From Gonapodya sp. JEL0774 (lineage: Eukaryota), in NCBI GenBank assembly GCA_027604505.1, contig JADIIX010000008.1:186001-250000 (forward strand): a DNA stretch of 64,000 nt, given 5' to 3'. Of the stretch, positions 61,028-64,000 are shown piece by piece. A program made the translations under genes and the position numbers. Numbering within the stretch: position 1 is the first letter of the stretch; each line of letters starts with the position of its first letter. Under the pieces are notes generated by a model, which had not been told where the DNA came from, made no database searches, and saw only the letters and a program-made list of their open reading frames with translations.

Positions 61028-63841
61028 TCACAATCCCCCACCAACCCCGCCTCCCACAACCCTGCCGGGCACCACCGTCACCACCCTCTCCTCCCTCGGC
61101 CCATGCACGCTCCTCCCGTCCATCCCTCCCGCCTCCTTGTCTTTCCCACCCCCACTCCAACTCCGCCCCCCTTTCTCCTCCTTTACCACGCCGATCCTCA
61201 CAGGCGCCCCGCCACCCACCCACCCCACCCTCTGCACAAACCCGTACCAGTCTTTCACCGGGTACCCGTCCGCCCGCACGATCACGTCGCCGGCACGCAA
61301 GCCGGCCTCGTACGCAGGGGACCCGGGGAGCACCTTGGTCAGCCTGGCGCCGGACTTGGTGCTACTGTGGCCGAGTCCGTACCCGTACGTTTCGTCCCCC
61401 TCCACGCCCCAAAAGCCGCGCTCGATGCCCTGTCCCTGGCCCCGACACACCATCCTTCTCACCCCCTCCCGCCACCCTTTATCCACCCCGACGGCGAACC
61501 CCACCCCTTCCCCGCCTTGCGCTTCGACCCGCACGGTGGCGACACCCACGACCTCCCCCGCGGCCGTGAAGACCGGCCCGCCGCTGGATCCTGGGAATAA
61601 AGGGGTGGTGGTTTGGAGGAAGCGGAGTCGAGGGTCCGCGCGGTGGACAGAGGATGGCGGTCGTGGGGGGTGGGAGCACGTGCCGGAGGAGAGGGTGTAG
61701 TGGAGGCCGAGGGGGTGGCCGAGGGTGAGGAGGGGTGAGGCGGTGCTGGAGGGCGCGGATGATTGTCGCGAGAGATGAGCGGTGAGTTGTCGGTGTCTCC
61801 GAGCGCCGACGAAACACAAACGAAACACCTCAACCCCTCACGCTTTCCCCCCCTCCACCCTCCATCTACCTACCGAACCTTCCCCGCATCCCCCAGCGTC
61901 ACCGGCGTCCACTCCTCCTCCTCCTCCTTCTCGTCTCCGTCTCCCGTCCGCCTCGCAGGCCCGTTCCAGTCGATCCGCACCACAGCAAGATCCGCTGGCA
62001 CGTCGATGGCGTGTATATGGGCAGGGTACGTGCGGCCGGTGTGGGTCGTGACGGTGAGCTAGGGTGGATTGAGTCGAAAGTCGGACGAGGAGTGAGTGCG
62101 AATCAAAGAAGAACCACTAGTACAAGTGACACCTCAAGTGTCACCATCCACCGGTATCCCATGATCATGCTAACGCCCTGTCCCTGTAACATCCCCACCG
62201 CACCGTACTCACCCCCCTCCCGACCCCCCCGCCCACCGCGTCTTCCACCACATGTGCGTTCGTGACGATGAAACCCGTGGAGGAAATAAAGAAGCCCGCG
62301 CCGAGGGAGAGGGGGGGGTGGGGGGGGTGAGCTGGGGTGTGGGGATCGCCGGTGGTGGAAGGGAATGGGGAAGAGGGAGAGGTGATAAGGGTGGTCCGGT
62401 GAGAGTAGAGGTGGGGGACCATCACGTGCGCGGAAGGAAGGAGTGATAGGGTGAAAAGAATGCTCCATGCCACGAGTTGCCGCGGTTGTTCCCACTACTC
62501 ACCCCCAACCTCAACCACCACCGTACTCCTCTTCACATCCTCCACCACATCCTCGACCGACCTGTCCTTCCCATTCGCAAGCCCATGCCCGTGCCCGTGC
62601 CCTTTCTCCTGCCCGTAGAACTCGTCCGCGGTGCCGTTGTCGGAAAGGGAATCGGAATCGGAATGGGACTCGGGGTGGGACCCAGGGTGGCGGAGGTGGG
62701 CGCACGAGGAGGGGTGGAGGCCTGGGCTGAAGCGGGCTGAACGGGGACTGTTGGGGGGTTGGGGTGTTTGGGGCAGTTGAGAGAGTGGAACGAGGTGGTC
62801 AGAGTGAGCAGCAAGCCGTGGGAGTTAGTCATTCCTCATTCGTCGACGAAGAAGAAAAACGAAAAGTATGGTACAACACTGATGAACGATGTGGAATGGA
62901 TCGGATAATCGTGCCCATACTCCACTCCAGTTTGTAGCTAGCACATTGTCCATGGCCCATACCTCCATACCACGGTCCAAATAACCATAATGCACCAAGG
63001 TCTTTATGACCATACGGGTACAATGGCCATACGGGTACCAAGGTTCATAGGACCATACGGGTACCACCGTCCAAATGACCATACAGCACCAAGGACCATA
63101 TGGCCTCCGACCGAAATGGGTGAACTGGTCAAAAAATGGCCGTCCGTGGAACGGAGAGGTCTCTCCCTGCGGGCAAGCCCGCACCATCTCGCTGACCCTC
63201 GCACGGACTCACCCAGAAGAGGAGGAGTAACCGTTTGCGGTGACGACGAGGAGAGCGTCGAGTTCGTCAGTCGAGGTTGGAGGTTGTGGTGCGTTGCGGG
63301 CATGGTTGTTGGTGTGTTGAGACGATGGAGAGGAGGAGGAAGACGATTTGCTGCTGTCGGAGATGTGCTGGATGGGGACAGCGGGTGTAGAGGAAGCAGC
63401 GTGTTGTGGAGACCAGTTGACCTGGTCGAGTCTGAGGGGTGCTTGCGGGGAGAGGGAGGGGTCCGAGTCCGAGTCTGGGTGTTGGGGGTGGGAATGGTTG
63501 GGACCGAATATGTGGTGGAGAGAGAGAAGAGAAGAGAAAGTGAAGAGAGCAATGAGTGGTGCATTTGAAGGGAGCGTCCGTGGTTTTTGGTGTTGGTGTT
63601 GGTTTTGGTGTTGGTGTCGGGATTGGCTGTGTCGAGTGAATGTCTGTTGAGACGAGTTGCGGACCGTGGTTTGTCGGGAGCGGACTGTGCGAGCTTGCCG
63701 TGGTGCGGTAGTGACCGACACGGCAGAAACGGCAGACAGCGCGCGAGAAGCAACACGAACACGGGCAGCGGGAACGGCTGCATGAGCTGCTGAAGCCGAG
63801 GTCGCGGCCCGGGAGACGGTGATTGAGGAGAGCGACGACAT
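61028..63841 (-). CDS. HtrA/DegP-family serine protease (trypsin-like + one PDZ) with putative mitochondrial presequence (HtrA2/Omi-like)
   Basis: LGAGFFISSTGFIVTNAHV (His), DVPADLAVVRI (Asp), LGHPLGL, FPGSSGGP (Ser) and PDZ VLPGSPAYEAGLRAGDVIV. The N-terminus is Ala/Ser/Arg-rich and followed by a short hydrophobic segment. Confidence 0.88.
62955..63105. repeat. Intronic degenerate tandem repeat with core (GA)CCATAC(GGGTAC)
   Basis: About 8 CCATA cores. CCATACGGGTAC occurs three times (~63010, ~63027, ~63053). Confidence 0.8.
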
Positions 63842-64000
63842 AAATTGGGTTGGGTTGGCAAGTGAGCCAACTACAAAGCATGCGGATGCGGATGAAACAA
63901 AGTATGTACGAAAGTCACGGTTAGGATGAGAACGCACAAAAGACAACGCGACGGTCGCAAGTTCGCAGTCGCTTGAGGGCTCACGTTCACGTTTCGGAAC

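Overview
Eukaryotic, gene-dense, intron-rich genomic DNA. Introns are short GT-AG with many gtgag/gtaag donors. The gene complement suggests an early-diverging fungus of chytrid grade; this is inference, not a determination. About 23 spliced protein-coding genes were reconstructed by reading across introns, so outer coordinates are approximate spans including introns. In order: a probable SYCP2/Rec10/Red1-type meiotic axis protein (3' end outside the window), a fatty-acid elongase, a RING-finger protein, a fatty aldehyde dehydrogenase, CCDC25, an HMG-box protein, an LtrA-family membrane protein, a CobW/COG0523 GTPase, a Gyp7-like TBC Rab-GAP, ICP55, HEM2, a divergent XRCC4, an MFS/DHA1 transporter, TANGO2, a stomatin, TMEM135, a bacterial-type ketopantoate-reductase-like gene with a +1 frameshift, a large coiled-coil protein, two VC0807-family paralogues flanking a divergent TFIIB, and an HtrA protease. 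The most striking non-genic structure is a pair of ~96%-identical inverted repeats (21768-22039 and 26732-26952) that bracket the whole TBC gene. They carry an outer hairpin and an adjacent ~20-bp tandem array. Several genes also show a splice-site-phased G/C-skew sawtooth. No tRNA, rRNA or CRISPR array was recognised.
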